From Obrimoposthia wandeli (taxonomy: Eukaryota): DNA of 64,000 nt. Of the stretch, positions 1 to 9,442 are shown one piece after another. The DNA lies in assembly GCA_977020255.1 (NCBI GenBank), contig CDROCS010003739.1:1-64000 (forward strand), in the 5' to 3' direction. The notes under the pieces were generated by a model. The model did not search any database. It saw nothing but the letters and a program-made list of their open reading frames with translations, and was not told where the DNA came from. A program made the position numbers and the translations under genes. Numbering within the stretch: position 1 is the first letter of the stretch; the number at the start of each line of letters is the position of its first letter.

Positions 1-588
1 ACGCCGCACGACAAACCAATTAAAATGCCAGCATCCCCACAGGCCAAGAAAACACCCTTTATCTGGATGATTTCTTGGAATGCTAGATTGGTCTTAATTC
101 CAGATCCAAAGGTGAAATAAAGGGCTTTCATTACTTTGAAGATCCTCAGAAGTATCCCCTAAAGGATATTGCTGATGTGTACTGATTCCGGGAAATAGAG
201 CAAAAAGCTACGGTGAATTAAAAAGCAAGCGTCAACTCAATAACAAAGCAATACATGTGCCAAAAGGTTGAAGTGAGTCTATCAGAAAGAGTTGCGGGCA
301 TACTAACTTCATACCAACTTAGTCCGCCTTGAGATGAGTCGTATGGCACAATATCATAAAAAGTTACTCAAGAATCAGCTTTATCAATGCGTTAAGGTTA
401 ATTACAGGACGAGCTTTTATGGTGCTCTGTAGGAAGAACGCCAGACGGTACCGAAAAAGCTTCAAAATTTAAGAGAAAATGGAAAGCGATTAATACTGCC
501 AAAGAAACGAAAACGAACATCTCCACCAAGGTGTGTGATTTATAAACCATCTCGTTATCCGTATAAAAAAAGAGCCGCTCGCTGTTAA
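1..588 (+). pseudogene. IS4 transposase C-terminal remnant with several frameshifts and stops
   Basis: Homologous segments lie in different frames. The final TAA (586-588) lies inside the terminal repeat. Confidence 0.8.
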
Positions 589-601
589 GCGAGCGGCATT
601 A
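1..601 (+). mobile_element. Degenerate IS4-family insertion sequence, 3' part and right end (left part outside window)
   Basis: Frameshifted fragments read like an IS4 transposase C-terminus: IKMPASPQA..ARLVLIPDPK, KDIADVY*..EIE..YGELK (Y-x2-R-x3-E-x6-K region), GILTSY..VRLEMSRMAQYH, ISFINALRLI, NLRENGKRLILPKKRKR..PSRYPYKKRAARC*. Terminal TTAAGCGAGCGGCATTA (585-601) reverse-complements to TAATGCCGCTCGCTTAA, like the IS4 terminal repeat TAATGCCGATCAGTTAA. Confidence 0.85.
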
Positions 602-622
602 ACCCTTCGGGGTGCCTTTTTT
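602..622 (+). terminator. Rho-independent terminator half (ACCC-TTCG-GGGT-GCC + T-tract) used as the IS4 target
   Basis: acccttcggggtgcctttttt directly abuts the IS end. Confidence 0.7.
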
Positions 623-857
623 ATTTTTGGCAGTGGCCCGTCCTGAGATAAGTTGACACATTAGCGGCTTATCTATGAACGTGCGAATAATTTGGTTGGT
701 AGTATTGATAGTTAGTGCCATGATTACTTGAGACTTGAGAAGGTAAATACAGATGTTTTAGTACAAGAGGAAATGAGAAGGGCTGGTGGTAAAAAGTCAT
801 GCCAAGAAACAGCGTTTAAGCTGCTTCTTAGCTCTTAGCTTTAGAGTCAGAGTTTGA

Positions 858-1346
858 TTAAGCGCCCGGAGGGCACGCTAGGCTTTCGCTAATTAATTCA
901 ATCAGGCTATCTTCAAGGCCAAATCGCAATTCTAGCAATTCCCCGATTGAAGAAAGATCTTTATCTAAATCTGTCAGCGTATTTTCTTCGGCGATATCGC
1001 TATAACGATCGGTGAAATTAAGAATCGGATCGGTTGTTTGAGTGATACTCGCGTAAAGCCGTGAAATGTCTTCTGTCGGTGAATATCCTGTCGTATTCCA
1101 CTTTTCCATGACCATATCGTAGATTTTGAAATGACCTGCTGAAATGTAATCGACAACTTGTTGGCAAAAGAGTTGTAACTGTGAAGAGGTAGGTAATTGG
1201 CGTGTATTGTTTTTAAAAGGTGGTAGACCGGCCAATTTACAGTAGTCGATCAGTAATTGCTGCCGGGACACCAGCCAGTGATCGATAACATCACTCGTAC
1301 CGCCCCACTGTTGTTGAACTTGCTCAAATTTACTTAACATGACCAT
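858..1346 (-). CDS. rsd: Regulator of sigma D (anti-sigma70), Rsd/AlgQ family
   Basis: MVMLSKFEQVQQQWGG, IDHWL..RQQLL, LVDY/VVDYISAGHFKIY motif, GELLELRFGLED. Start moved to the MVML ATG. Confidence 0.95.
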   Translation of the reverse strand: MVMLSKFEQVQQQWGGTSDVIDHWLVSRQQLLIDYCKLAGLPPFKNNTRQLPTSSQLQLFCQQVVDYISAGHFKIYDMVMEKWNTTGYSPTEDISRLYASITQTTDPILNFTDRYSDIAEENTLTDLDKDLSSIGELLELRFGLEDSLIELISESLACPPGA

Positions 1347-1529
1347 GCCCTCATGATCTATTTGCACTATGACGATATTGATTAAAAATAGGTATTATAA
1401 AATACGTATTTCAAAACAAAGGCGACTCAGTACAATTACTGATGAATCTCTTTAAAAAGAGAGCCTTTATATACGGACTTAAAATCCGTTATGTAGTTAG
1501 ATTGCCAGTAAAACCGATACCCTGCAAGG

Positions 1530-2321
1530 ATGGATGTAACATTGATGTTAAATAAACGAGAATTAGCTTATTGGTGTGTGGTAAATGATCGCAAATTATA
1601 TCTATTAGATAATGCGATTCCACTATTGGAAGAGTCAGAATTAATATTTAATACCGACTCAGCACGAGTAATTGGTGAATATTTAGGTCGCCCTGTTTAC
1701 TGGATAGAAGCGAGTAGTTGTTCACATAGTGATGATTTCTATACGCAAAGAGAATTATTAGGTGGTGATCAGACTCTGTTTGATTTAGCAGGAAGGGCAA
1801 CTCAGCTTTCCCACATGTTGCATACACAAGGTTTTTGCTCTGTTTGTGGAGGATCGGCTACTTTGGCCGATGATCAATTTGCAATGGTATGTCAGCAATG
1901 TAGTCACGCACAATATCCTCGAGTATCGCCTTGTGTCATTGTTGCTGTGCGCAAAAACGATCAAATATTATTGGCACAGCATCCTCGGCATAAATCAGGA
2001 ATATATACGGTCATTGCTGGTTTTGTTGAAGCCGGTGAAACATTAGAACAATGTGTTGCGCGGGAAGTTGAAGAAGAGACGGGCATTCAGGTACACAATA
2101 TTCGCTATTTTTCGAGTCAGCCTTGGGCATTTCCTTCCAACATTATGATGGCGTTTTTAGCTGATTATGAAAGCGGTGAGCTAAAGCCTGATTATGAAGA
2201 ATTGAGTGATGCGATTTGGACAAAGGCGACTGAGCTACCTGCAATCGCTCCTAAAGGCACGATTGCACGAGTGCTTATCGATAAGACACTTGATCTAATA
2301 AAAGCCACTAAACATATATAA
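1530..2321 (+). CDS. nudC: NAD(+) diphosphatase / NAD-cap decapping Nudix hydrolase
   Basis: Zn finger FCSVCG..CQQC, YPRVSP, Nudix box GFVEAGETLEQCVAREVEEETG, SQPWAFP. Confidence 0.96.
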   Translation: MDVTLMLNKRELAYWCVVNDRKLYLLDNAIPLLEESELIFNTDSARVIGEYLGRPVYWIEASSCSHSDDFYTQRELLGGDQTLFDLAGRATQLSHMLHTQGFCSVCGGSATLADDQFAMVCQQCSHAQYPRVSPCVIVAVRKNDQILLAQHPRHKSGIYTVIAGFVEAGETLEQCVAREVEEETGIQVHNIRYFSSQPWAFPSNIMMAFLADYESGELKPDYEELSDAIWTKATELPAIAPKGTIARVLIDKTLDLIKATKHI

Positions 2322-2535
2322 GAACCTTTAAAACAAGGGATTCGGTTCGATGAGTGGAATTCACGATGCATTAATTATAACTATTCACGAGTCGAATTTG
2401 TTTTAAGCTTCATACTGAATCGCAAATAGTGTTTCAAGCTTGTTGTAATAAACATGATCTGCTTAACAATCAGGCTCTTTTGTTGTAGTCGATGAGTGAT
2501 ACAATACGCCCCAGAATTTATCCATGGAGTTTCGA

Positions 2536-3603
2536 ATGAGCGAATTAAAGAATGACCGCTACCTACGTGCGTTATTAAAGCAGCCGGTAGATTGCACACC
2601 AGTATGGATGATGCGTCAGGCTGGCCGTTACTTGCCAGAATACCGTGCGACACGTAGCGTTGCTGGTGACTTTATGTCGCTATGTAAGAACGCGGAACTA
2701 GCGAGTGAAGTAACGCTTCAACCACTACGTCGTTTTCCTTTGGATGCAGCGATTCTCTTCTCCGATATTTTAACTATTCCTGATGCAATGGGATTAGGCC
2801 TGTATTTTGAAGCGGGTGAAGGGCCTAAATTTGAGCGTCCGATTACCTGTAAAGCGGATGTAGATAAGATCGGCCTACCTGATCCGGAAGGCGAATTACA
2901 GTATGTAATGAATGCAGTACGTCAAATCCGTAAAGATCTACAAGGTGAAGTGCCACTGATCGGTTTCTCTGGTAGCCCATGGACTTTAGCGACTTACATG
3001 GTTGAAGGTGGTAGCTCTAAAGCCTTCACTAAAATCAAGAAAATGATGTATGCAGAGCCCGCAACCTTACATTTACTGCTTGATAAGCTAGCAGATAGTG
3101 TTATTGAATACTTGAATGCGCAAATCAAAGCGGGTGTGCAATCGGTTATGGTCTTTGATACCTGGGGTGGTGTATTAACGCCAAGTGACTATAACGAATT
3201 CTCATTGCGTTATATGCATAAAATCGTTGATAGTCTAATTCGTGAAAATGATGGTCGTCGTGTTCCCGTTACGTTATTCACTAAAAATGGCGGTATGTGG
3301 TTAGAGCAAATTGCAGCAACAGGCTGTGATGCAATCGGCCTTGATTGGACGATTAATATTGCTGATGCTAATCGTCGAGTAGGCGACAAAGTTGCCCTTC
3401 AAGGCAATATGGATCCATCGATTCTATATGCACAGCCAGAGCGTATTCGCCAAGAAGTCGCGACGATTCTTGAAGGTTATGGTGATGAAGGTACAGGCCA
3501 CGTGTTTAACCTTGGTCATGGCATTCACTTAGATGTACCGCCTGAAAATGCAGGTGTGTTTGTTGATGCTGTGCATGAGCTGTCTAAGCCATACCATAAA
3601 TAA
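2536..3603 (+). CDS. hemE: Uroporphyrinogen decarboxylase
   Basis: [27 protein letters not shown]. Confidence 0.98.
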   Translation: MSELKNDRYLRALLKQPVDCTPVWMMRQAGRYLPEYRATRSVAGDFMSLCKNAELASEVTLQPLRRFPLDAAILFSDILTIPDAMGLGLYFEAGEGPKFERPITCKADVDKIGLPDPEGELQYVMNAVRQIRKDLQGEVPLIGFSGSPWTLATYMVEGGSSKAFTKIKKMMYAEPATLHLLLDKLADSVIEYLNAQIKAGVQSVMVFDTWGGVLTPSDYNEFSLRYMHKIVDSLIRENDGRRVPVTLFTKNGGMWLEQIAATGCDAIGLDWTINIADANRRVGDKVALQGNMDPSILYAQPERIRQEVATILEGYGDEGTGHVFNLGHGIHLDVPPENAGVFVDAVHELSKPYHK

Positions 3604-3630
3604 TACGACATATTTAATATTTTAAGATAG

Positions 3631-3661
3631 AGCCCACGTGACTTATTGCGTGGGCTTTTTT
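3631..3661. terminator. Terminator between convergent hemE and UDG-like gene
   Basis: agcccacg-tgacttattg-cgtgggct followed by a T-tract. Confidence 0.75.
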
Positions 3662-3665
3662 GTGG

Positions 3666-4271
3666 TTATTTTTTATCACTTCTATCTCTGTTATTTAAGT
3701 GCTGGTGAACATACTCTCTGATATATGGCACAACATCTTCTTCAAACCATGGATTTCTCTTTAGCCACAGTGCATTCCGAGGCGAAGGATGAGGCAAAGG
3801 AATATACCGTGGTGCCCATTGACGCCAAGCACGCACGGTTTCAGTAAGTGTCTTGGGCTTATTGTCGAGGTAGTAATTTTGCGCGTACTGCCCAATGATT
3901 AATGTCATGCCGACATTAGGTAATAAAGGTAAGACTTGATGATGCCATTGTGGGGCACATTCTGGTCGAGGCGGTAAATCGCCCGACTTGCCTTTTCCGG
4001 GGTAGCATAAGCCCATCGGCATAATGGCAATTTGTTGGGGGTCATAGAAGGTTTCTGAATCTAAATCGAGCCAGCGGCGTAACCGTTCACCGCTTGGGTC
4101 GTTCCATGGGATGCCCGTTTCATGGACTTTACGGCCCGGAGCTTGACCAATAATCATCAGCCTTGCTTGTGAATGCGCTTGAATGATCGGACGTGGCCCC
4201 GTAATAAGGTGATCTTTGCAGATCTCGCAGTGTCGTATCTGATCGAGCACGTTATTAAGATGTTGCGCCAT
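3666..4271 (-). CDS. Uracil-DNA glycosylase superfamily protein (family 4/5-like, probable 4Fe-4S)
   Basis: IIGQAPG and LPHPSPRN motifs. Cys pattern CEIC..LCYPG..ECAP. Start set at MAQHL because the longer ORF overlaps the upstream gene. Confidence 0.85.
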   Translation of the reverse strand: MAQHLNNVLDQIRHCEICKDHLITGPRPIIQAHSQARLMIIGQAPGRKVHETGIPWNDPSGERLRRWLDLDSETFYDPQQIAIMPMGLCYPGKGKSGDLPPRPECAPQWHHQVLPLLPNVGMTLIIGQYAQNYYLDNKPKTLTETVRAWRQWAPRYIPLPHPSPRNALWLKRNPWFEEDVVPYIREYVHQHLNNRDRSDKK

Positions 4272-4281
4272 ATTGTAAGCC

Positions 4282-5193
4282 TCAATACCCTTTATCAAAA
4301 TCAACGTTATAGCGTAATGGTTGATGGGCCATAAAACGTAAATAGTTGTCTTGAAAAATGTCGAATACCTGCTCAGGAAAGCTTTCAGCTGCGATGTGAG
4401 GAGTAATCGTAATTTTTTCATGCTTCCAGAACGGATGATCTTCTACGAGTGGCTCTTGATTGAAAACATCCAGAAAAGCATGCAGAACTGAGCTTTTATC
4501 GATCGCATCCAGTAAGCCATGCTCACAAACAGCATTGCCGCGGCCGACATTGAACAGTAAAACGTTATTGCAGTGCGCCAAAGTACCCGCATTAAGCAGT
4601 TGGTCTGTATTAAGTGTGGCAGGTAAGGTTGAAACAACAATTGTCGCCATAGCCAGTGCCTCTGTCAGCTTTGATAAAGAATAAACCTGATCAAACGCGG
4701 TTGTATCGCATATACCCGATCGATTAACCCCTATTACTTTAATGCCGAATGCACTTGCTACCTGAGCTAAATGGCTACCAATAGAGCCTGTGCCTAATAT
4801 CACCATGGTTTGGCTAGTTAGCGAACGATAAGGCTGCGGTTGCCATACACCAGCGTGTTGCTGCGTGTGATAAAGGCTGAAATGACGAGTGTGATTAAGC
4901 GTGAACCCAATAATATATTCCGCAATGAGTTGACCAAAATGTCCTCGAATATTGGTTAATTGATAGTCTTGACGTAATTCGGGTTTAATTAGGGCATCAA
5001 TACCCGCAAAAGTAGACTGTAACCAGCGTAGTGCTGGGGAGTTATCTAATTGCCGGGCGATCTTGGGAGGATCTGCTAATATTATCGAGGCTTGCTTGGG
5101 ATCATCGGTGATAACCAAGTGTGGTAATTGTGCTTGTTTGATTAATTGATGATAGGTCGCTTGTTGTCGAGATACAATCAGTACTTTGTTCAT
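4282..5193 (-). CDS. D-isomer-specific 2-hydroxyacid dehydrogenase (GhrA-like)
   Basis: ILGTGSIG Rossmann motif, FNVGRG, LDVFNQEPL, ITPHIAA. Confidence 0.92.
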   Translation of the reverse strand: MNKVLIVSRQQATYHQLIKQAQLPHLVITDDPKQASIILADPPKIARQLDNSPALRWLQSTFAGIDALIKPELRQDYQLTNIRGHFGQLIAEYIIGFTLNHTRHFSLYHTQQHAGVWQPQPYRSLTSQTMVILGTGSIGSHLAQVASAFGIKVIGVNRSGICDTTAFDQVYSLSKLTEALAMATIVVSTLPATLNTDQLLNAGTLAHCNNVLLFNVGRGNAVCEHGLLDAIDKSSVLHAFLDVFNQEPLVEDHPFWKHEKITITPHIAAESFPEQVFDIFQDNYLRFMAHQPLRYNVDFDKGY

Positions 5194-5261
5194 CGCTTTT
5201 CCTTTTGTGCGGGCGAGTTATGCATTAAACTCCCTTGCAAATCACTATCGTAGATTATCCC

Positions 5262-5849
5262 ATGCTTAAGAATCCTGTTCAGCTTCGCGTCGAAAAACTA
5301 GAACCATGGCAACACCTGACTTTTATGGTCTCGCTGTGTGAGCGTATGTACCCGAATTTTGCGTTATTTTGTGAAGAAACAAAATTTGCAGAAGCGCAAA
5401 AATACCGTGTGATCGTAGACAGTATTTGGGAAATCTTGACAGTTAAGAATGCCAAAATTAACTTCGAAGGTCAGCTAGAAAGATTAGAAGATTTGGTGCC
5501 AAGTGCTGCTGATTATGATCTTTATGCGGTACACCCTGCGATTGATGCTTGTGTCGCACTTGCTGATCTACTACATGCCATGTTAGATCGCGATCTGATG
5601 CTTGAGACATTAGAAAAGATCAGTAGCATATCTGCAGAAACGGTTGCCGATCTTGAGTTTGCTCAAACGGGTATTGAGATAACAAACGAAAACCAAAAAG
5701 ATAACGAAGCCGTTTGTGAAGAATGGGATGTCCAGTGGGCTATTTTCCGTGCGCTGAAAGAAGCAGATCAACGCGATATCGAGTTGATTAAAAGCCTACG
5801 TGAAGAATTACGTGATGAGCAAGTCAGTAATATTGGCATTGCGTTGTAA
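5262..5849 (+). CDS. yjaG: DUF416 / YjaG family protein
   Basis: MLKNP..LEPWQHLTFMVSLCERMYPNF, VHPAIDAC, EEWDVQWAIFR. Lies near hupA as in enterics. Confidence 0.9.
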   Translation: MLKNPVQLRVEKLEPWQHLTFMVSLCERMYPNFALFCEETKFAEAQKYRVIVDSIWEILTVKNAKINFEGQLERLEDLVPSAADYDLYAVHPAIDACVALADLLHAMLDRDLMLETLEKISSISAETVADLEFAQTGIEITNENQKDNEAVCEEWDVQWAIFRALKEADQRDIELIKSLREELRDEQVSNIGIAL

Positions 5850-5885
5850 ATCACGATAGTCATGAACATGTGACTGAGCAATATT

Positions 5886-5913
5886 AAAAAAGGAGCCTAA
5901 TGGCTCCTTTTTT
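5886..5913 (+). terminator. yjaG terminator
   Basis: aaaaaaggagcc-taat-ggctcctttttt. Confidence 0.85.
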
Positions 5914-6197
5914 ATGTTTGGTTAATAAGAAATAAAGCGTAATGAATGACGATACATCCGGGCAAGATTGCTTTGATGTAAACTTGTTAATCACCAGTTA
6001 AGTGTAATATTCCAATTGGTAACATATAAAGCAGTTCAATTAACTGGTTGTTGGTTCTTATTTGTTCCAATCGACTTATTTAATATTGTTGCTTGAATTG
6101 TGATCGTAAAGGCGTTTATAACTGGACGTAATCGATAAGGCATTGCCTTGTCATCTTAACTATTAATTACGTCATTACTTGTCGTGTAGGAATGAGC

Positions 6198-6299
6198 ATG
6201 AAAGCATCCGCTTTTTTGAAAACCGTCAATAACAACAGCTACCTTGCTGTTAGTATTCGCGTGCTCCTCTTACTCTCTCTGAAACTCATTCGGGGCTGA
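6198..6299 (+). CDS. Putative branched-chain amino acid leader peptide (33 aa) upstream of brnQ
   Basis: MKASAFLKTVNNNSYLAVSIRVLLLLSLKLIRG*. SD-like AGGAA upstream. LLLL run plus V/I codons and a C-terminal RG, as in leuL/ilvL. Below the ORF-track size cutoff. Confidence 0.7.
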   Translation: MKASAFLKTVNNNSYLAVSIRVLLLLSLKLIRG

Positions 6300-6414
6300 C
6301 AGGCTATATCTTTTTTCTGTCGGCTTGTGAAGAAGCTGGCAGGGTAATATTCGACATTCAAGTTCCCTTCTCGTTTCCTCCAAGCTTAAACAAACAGCTG
6401 TATCGAGGAACACC

Positions 6415-7737
6415 ATGTCAAATACACCAGTGCTAAGTGCACGCAATATTGTAGCGTTAGGTTTCATGACTTTTGCCATGTACTTAGGCGCAGGTAATTT
6501 AATATTCCCTCCTTTTTTAGGCTTTCAAGCTGGTGAACATTTCCTATCGGGCATGACGGGTTTCCTGTTAACCGGGGTGGGGCTGCCTGCTTTAGCGTTG
6601 ATTATCGTCGCTTTAGTGAAAGGTTCAGATAACCTGACTGCGGCTTTGCCTCGTCCGTTAGCGACTAGTTTTTGGGTAATGGTGTTCATCGTGATTGGGC
6701 CTGCATTTGTTATTCCCCGTGCCATCACGGTGGCGTATCAGTTCAGCTTTGCGCCATTTATTGGTGGTGACGTGTTAGTGCCGTTCTCAATCGCGTTCTG
6801 TGTTATTACTATCTTGTTCTCATTGTTTCCGGGGAAATTGGTCGACACCATTGGTAAATGGCTAACTCCTGTTTTATTGGCTATTTTAGCCGTTATGGCA
6901 GCTTTTGCGTTCTTGTTTCCTGCCGGTCAAGTGATGCAGGCGAAAGGTCCGTATGTTGATGGTGCATTGGCAGAAGGCTTGACCCAAGGCTACATGACGA
7001 TGGATGCTTTGGGCTCGATTGGGTTTGGTTGGGTAATTTTCCGAGCGATCAAAAGTATGGGAGTGGAATGTCCGAAAGCCACTGCCAAATATACCTTCAT
7101 TGCAGCAGTGATGTATGCAACCGCGATGGCTGCGGTGTACTTGTCGCTGGCTTACATCGGTTCAACCAGTGCTGATTTAGGAACAGATTTCACCAATGGT
7201 GGTGAGATCTTGACGGCATTCACTAATCACCATTTTGGTGTGTTCGGCACCATGTTGCTGGGTTTAGTGATGATATTGGCATGTTTAACGACCGCTATTG
7301 GTGTGACTACTGCGGGCAGTGAGTTTTACAACCGTACCTTCTCTTCAGTGTCGTACAGTCGTAGTGTATGGGTAACGATGATTTTGGCGGGTTTAGTTGC
7401 CAATGTGGGCTTGGATCAGTTATTGGCAGTGACATTACCAGTCGTTGTCGCATTGCACCCGATTGCCATTGCGTTGTTGATGATTGCACCATTACGTCAT
7501 CGTATCGCACCGATTGCAGTATTAATGACGGTGGCGATAGCTTTGGTTTTTGGTTGTTTCGATGCCGCGCATATCTTGGGTATCATGCCACAAGCGTGGG
7601 ATGTTTGGTTTACGCAACATGTACCGTTGTACCATTATTACGCAGGCTGGATTGTTCCAACGGTCGTGATGCTGGTGGCTGGCTTGGTTATGACACATCT
7701 TATCAAGAAGCCAGTGCCTGCTACGGTGAATGCTTAA
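6415..7737 (+). CDS. brnQ: Branched-chain amino acid:cation symporter (LIVCS)
   Basis: LGFMTFAMYLGAGNLIFPP, GYMTMDALG, LACLTTAIG, about 12 TM helices. Confidence 0.95.
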   Translation: MSNTPVLSARNIVALGFMTFAMYLGAGNLIFPPFLGFQAGEHFLSGMTGFLLTGVGLPALALIIVALVKGSDNLTAALPRPLATSFWVMVFIVIGPAFVIPRAITVAYQFSFAPFIGGDVLVPFSIAFCVITILFSLFPGKLVDTIGKWLTPVLLAILAVMAAFAFLFPAGQVMQAKGPYVDGALAEGLTQGYMTMDALGSIGFGWVIFRAIKSMGVECPKATAKYTFIAAVMYATAMAAVYLSLAYIGSTSADLGTDFTNGGEILTAFTNHHFGVFGTMLLGLVMILACLTTAIGVTTAGSEFYNRTFSSVSYSRSVWVTMILAGLVANVGLDQLLAVTLPVVVALHPIAIALLMIAPLRHRIAPIAVLMTVAIALVFGCFDAAHILGIMPQAWDVWFTQHVPLYHYYAGWIVPTVVMLVAGLVMTHLIKKPVPATVNA

Positions 7738-7787
7738 CAGAACGAGGCACGCCTCTCGATAGTGTACAGCATGCTTTTGCAGATAAT

Positions 7788-7813
7788 AAAAAGGGACCCT
7801 AGTGGTCCCTTTT
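7788..7813. terminator. Bidirectional terminator brnQ / CNNM gene
   Basis: aaaaagggacc-ctagt-ggtccctttt. Confidence 0.8.
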
Positions 7814-7841
7814 GGATGCAATGTTAAGTATGCGATGTAAA

Positions 7842-8897
7842 TTACTCGTCGTCTTTACTTTCAATCACGCCGTGTTGTTGTTTCCAGTTTTCCCAGCGTT
7901 GGTAAGCCAGTTGCTGCATGTCGGTATTTTTATCGGCTTCATCGACAATTTCTTCGCCCACTAAGCTTTCAAAAATATCCTCTAGCGTGACTAACCCCTG
8001 AACCGTACCGTATTCATCAACCACAAGAATAAGCTGAGAATGTTCTATCATGAGTCGTTCAAATGCTTGAGGTACGCTCATATTGTTCATTACAACCGGG
8101 ATCGGGCGCATTACGGCCCCCAATTCTTTATTGCCATGACCTGCTTGGCTTTCTGCAAATAACTCAAGGCGATGCACAAAGCCTAAAATATTGTCCTTTT
8201 GTTCGCTATATACCAACGGACGAGAAAAAGGACTTTCTTTATGTTCTGCTAGAAATGCATTGACCGATTGCTCAGCTTCAACGCGAAAAAGGACGGTGCG
8301 AGGGGTCATGATCTTGGTCACGCTCACATCACGGAATTGCAGTAAGTTCGTCAGGATTTTAGATTCCCCTTCTGCTAATTCACCCGATTCTTTCGCTAAC
8401 ATTGCCATTGCTGATAATTCATCACGTAATTTTGGTTGTACATGACCATGGGATAAACGACGTGTGATTTGTTCAGATCCCCAAACAAAAGGCGTTAATG
8501 CCCATACCATCCAGTTAAGAATTATTGAGGCCGTTGGTGCCATTTGACGCCAGTAGGTTGCCCCGAGCGTTTTCGGAATAATTTCAGAAAATAGCAGAAT
8601 ACCGAAAGTTAAAACGGCAGAAAAAACACCGAGCCATTCACTACCAAATACGACCGTTGCTTGGGCACCTGCCGTTGCTGCACCCACAGTATGGGCAATA
8701 GTATTTAGCGTCAAAATGGAGGCCAATGGGCGGTCAATATTTTCTTTTAAGGCAGCTAAACGCGGTGCTGCAGGGTGGTTTTGCTGGCGTAATGAGCCAA
8801 TATACGTTGGTGAAATACTAAGCAAAACCGCTTCTAAAACCGAGCAAATAAACGAAATACCAATAGCAATTGTGATGTAAATCGTAAGGAGAATCAT
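7842..8897 (-). CDS. CNNM/DUF21 transmembrane + CBS-pair protein (CorB/hemolysin-like)
   Basis: SFICSVLEAVLLS, LASILTLNTIAHTVGA, FSEIIPKTLG, IMTPR, VVDEYG..VTLEDIFESLVGEEIVDE. Confidence 0.9.
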   Translation of the reverse strand: MILLTIYITIAIGISFICSVLEAVLLSISPTYIGSLRQQNHPAAPRLAALKENIDRPLASILTLNTIAHTVGAATAGAQATVVFGSEWLGVFSAVLTFGILLFSEIIPKTLGATYWRQMAPTASIILNWMVWALTPFVWGSEQITRRLSHGHVQPKLRDELSAMAMLAKESGELAEGESKILTNLLQFRDVSVTKIMTPRTVLFRVEAEQSVNAFLAEHKESPFSRPLVYSEQKDNILGFVHRLELFAESQAGHGNKELGAVMRPIPVVMNNMSVPQAFERLMIEHSQLILVVDEYGTVQGLVTLEDIFESLVGEEIVDEADKNTDMQQLAYQRWENWKQQHGVIESKDDE

Positions 8898-8991
8898 GCA
8901 AACCTGTCAGTGATAAATGTAGATGGGGATATATTAAGCGGTGTCGAGAGGAAGAAATACAACTATTTCACCAATGAGATTTGTAATGTTT

Positions 8992-9007
8992 TGTGAACTT
9001 GCGCTCA
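8992..9007. promoter_or_regulatory. Possible CRP site upstream of hupA
   Basis: TGTGA-acttgc-GCTCA (5/5 + 3/5 of TGTGA-N6-TCACA). Confidence 0.4.
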
Positions 9008-9126
9008 GTTTATGGTTAAAGAGTCCGCACATAGCCACATGATAGCTGACAAACCTTTGCCACACGGGCTTATTTTGAATTAGAGTTGTGGCGTCTGAAG
9101 AACATAAACCTTAGAGGGGAAACCAA

Positions 9127-9399
9127 ATGAACAAGACTCAACTAATTGACCTGATCGCAGAAAAAGCAGATCTATCAAAAGCGCAAGCAAAGCTAGCTTT
9201 GGAATCAACTCTTGAGGGCATTACTGGCGCGCTTAAAGAAGGCGATCAAGTTCAACTAATCGGCTTTGGTACATTTAAAGTAAATCACCGTGCAGCACGT
9301 ACTGGTCGTAACCCACAAACTGGTCAAGAAATTCAAATTGCAGCAGCGAATGTTCCTGCATTTGTTTCAGGTAAAGCACTGAAAGATGCACTGAAGTAA
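9127..9399 (+). CDS. hupA: Nucleoid protein HU-alpha
   Basis: [33 protein letters not shown]. Confidence 0.97.
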   Translation: MNKTQLIDLIAEKADLSKAQAKLALESTLEGITGALKEGDQVQLIGFGTFKVNHRAARTGRNPQTGQEIQIAAANVPAFVSGKALKDALK

Positions 9400-9442
9400 T
9401 CTATACTCCGCCAGGTAATCTTATCTGGCGGTGTTTTCTTTT

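Noticed and set aside
1-600. rRNA operon end or leader at the window start
   Set aside because: No 16S/23S/5S or boxA motifs. The sequence translates as IS4 transposase fragments.
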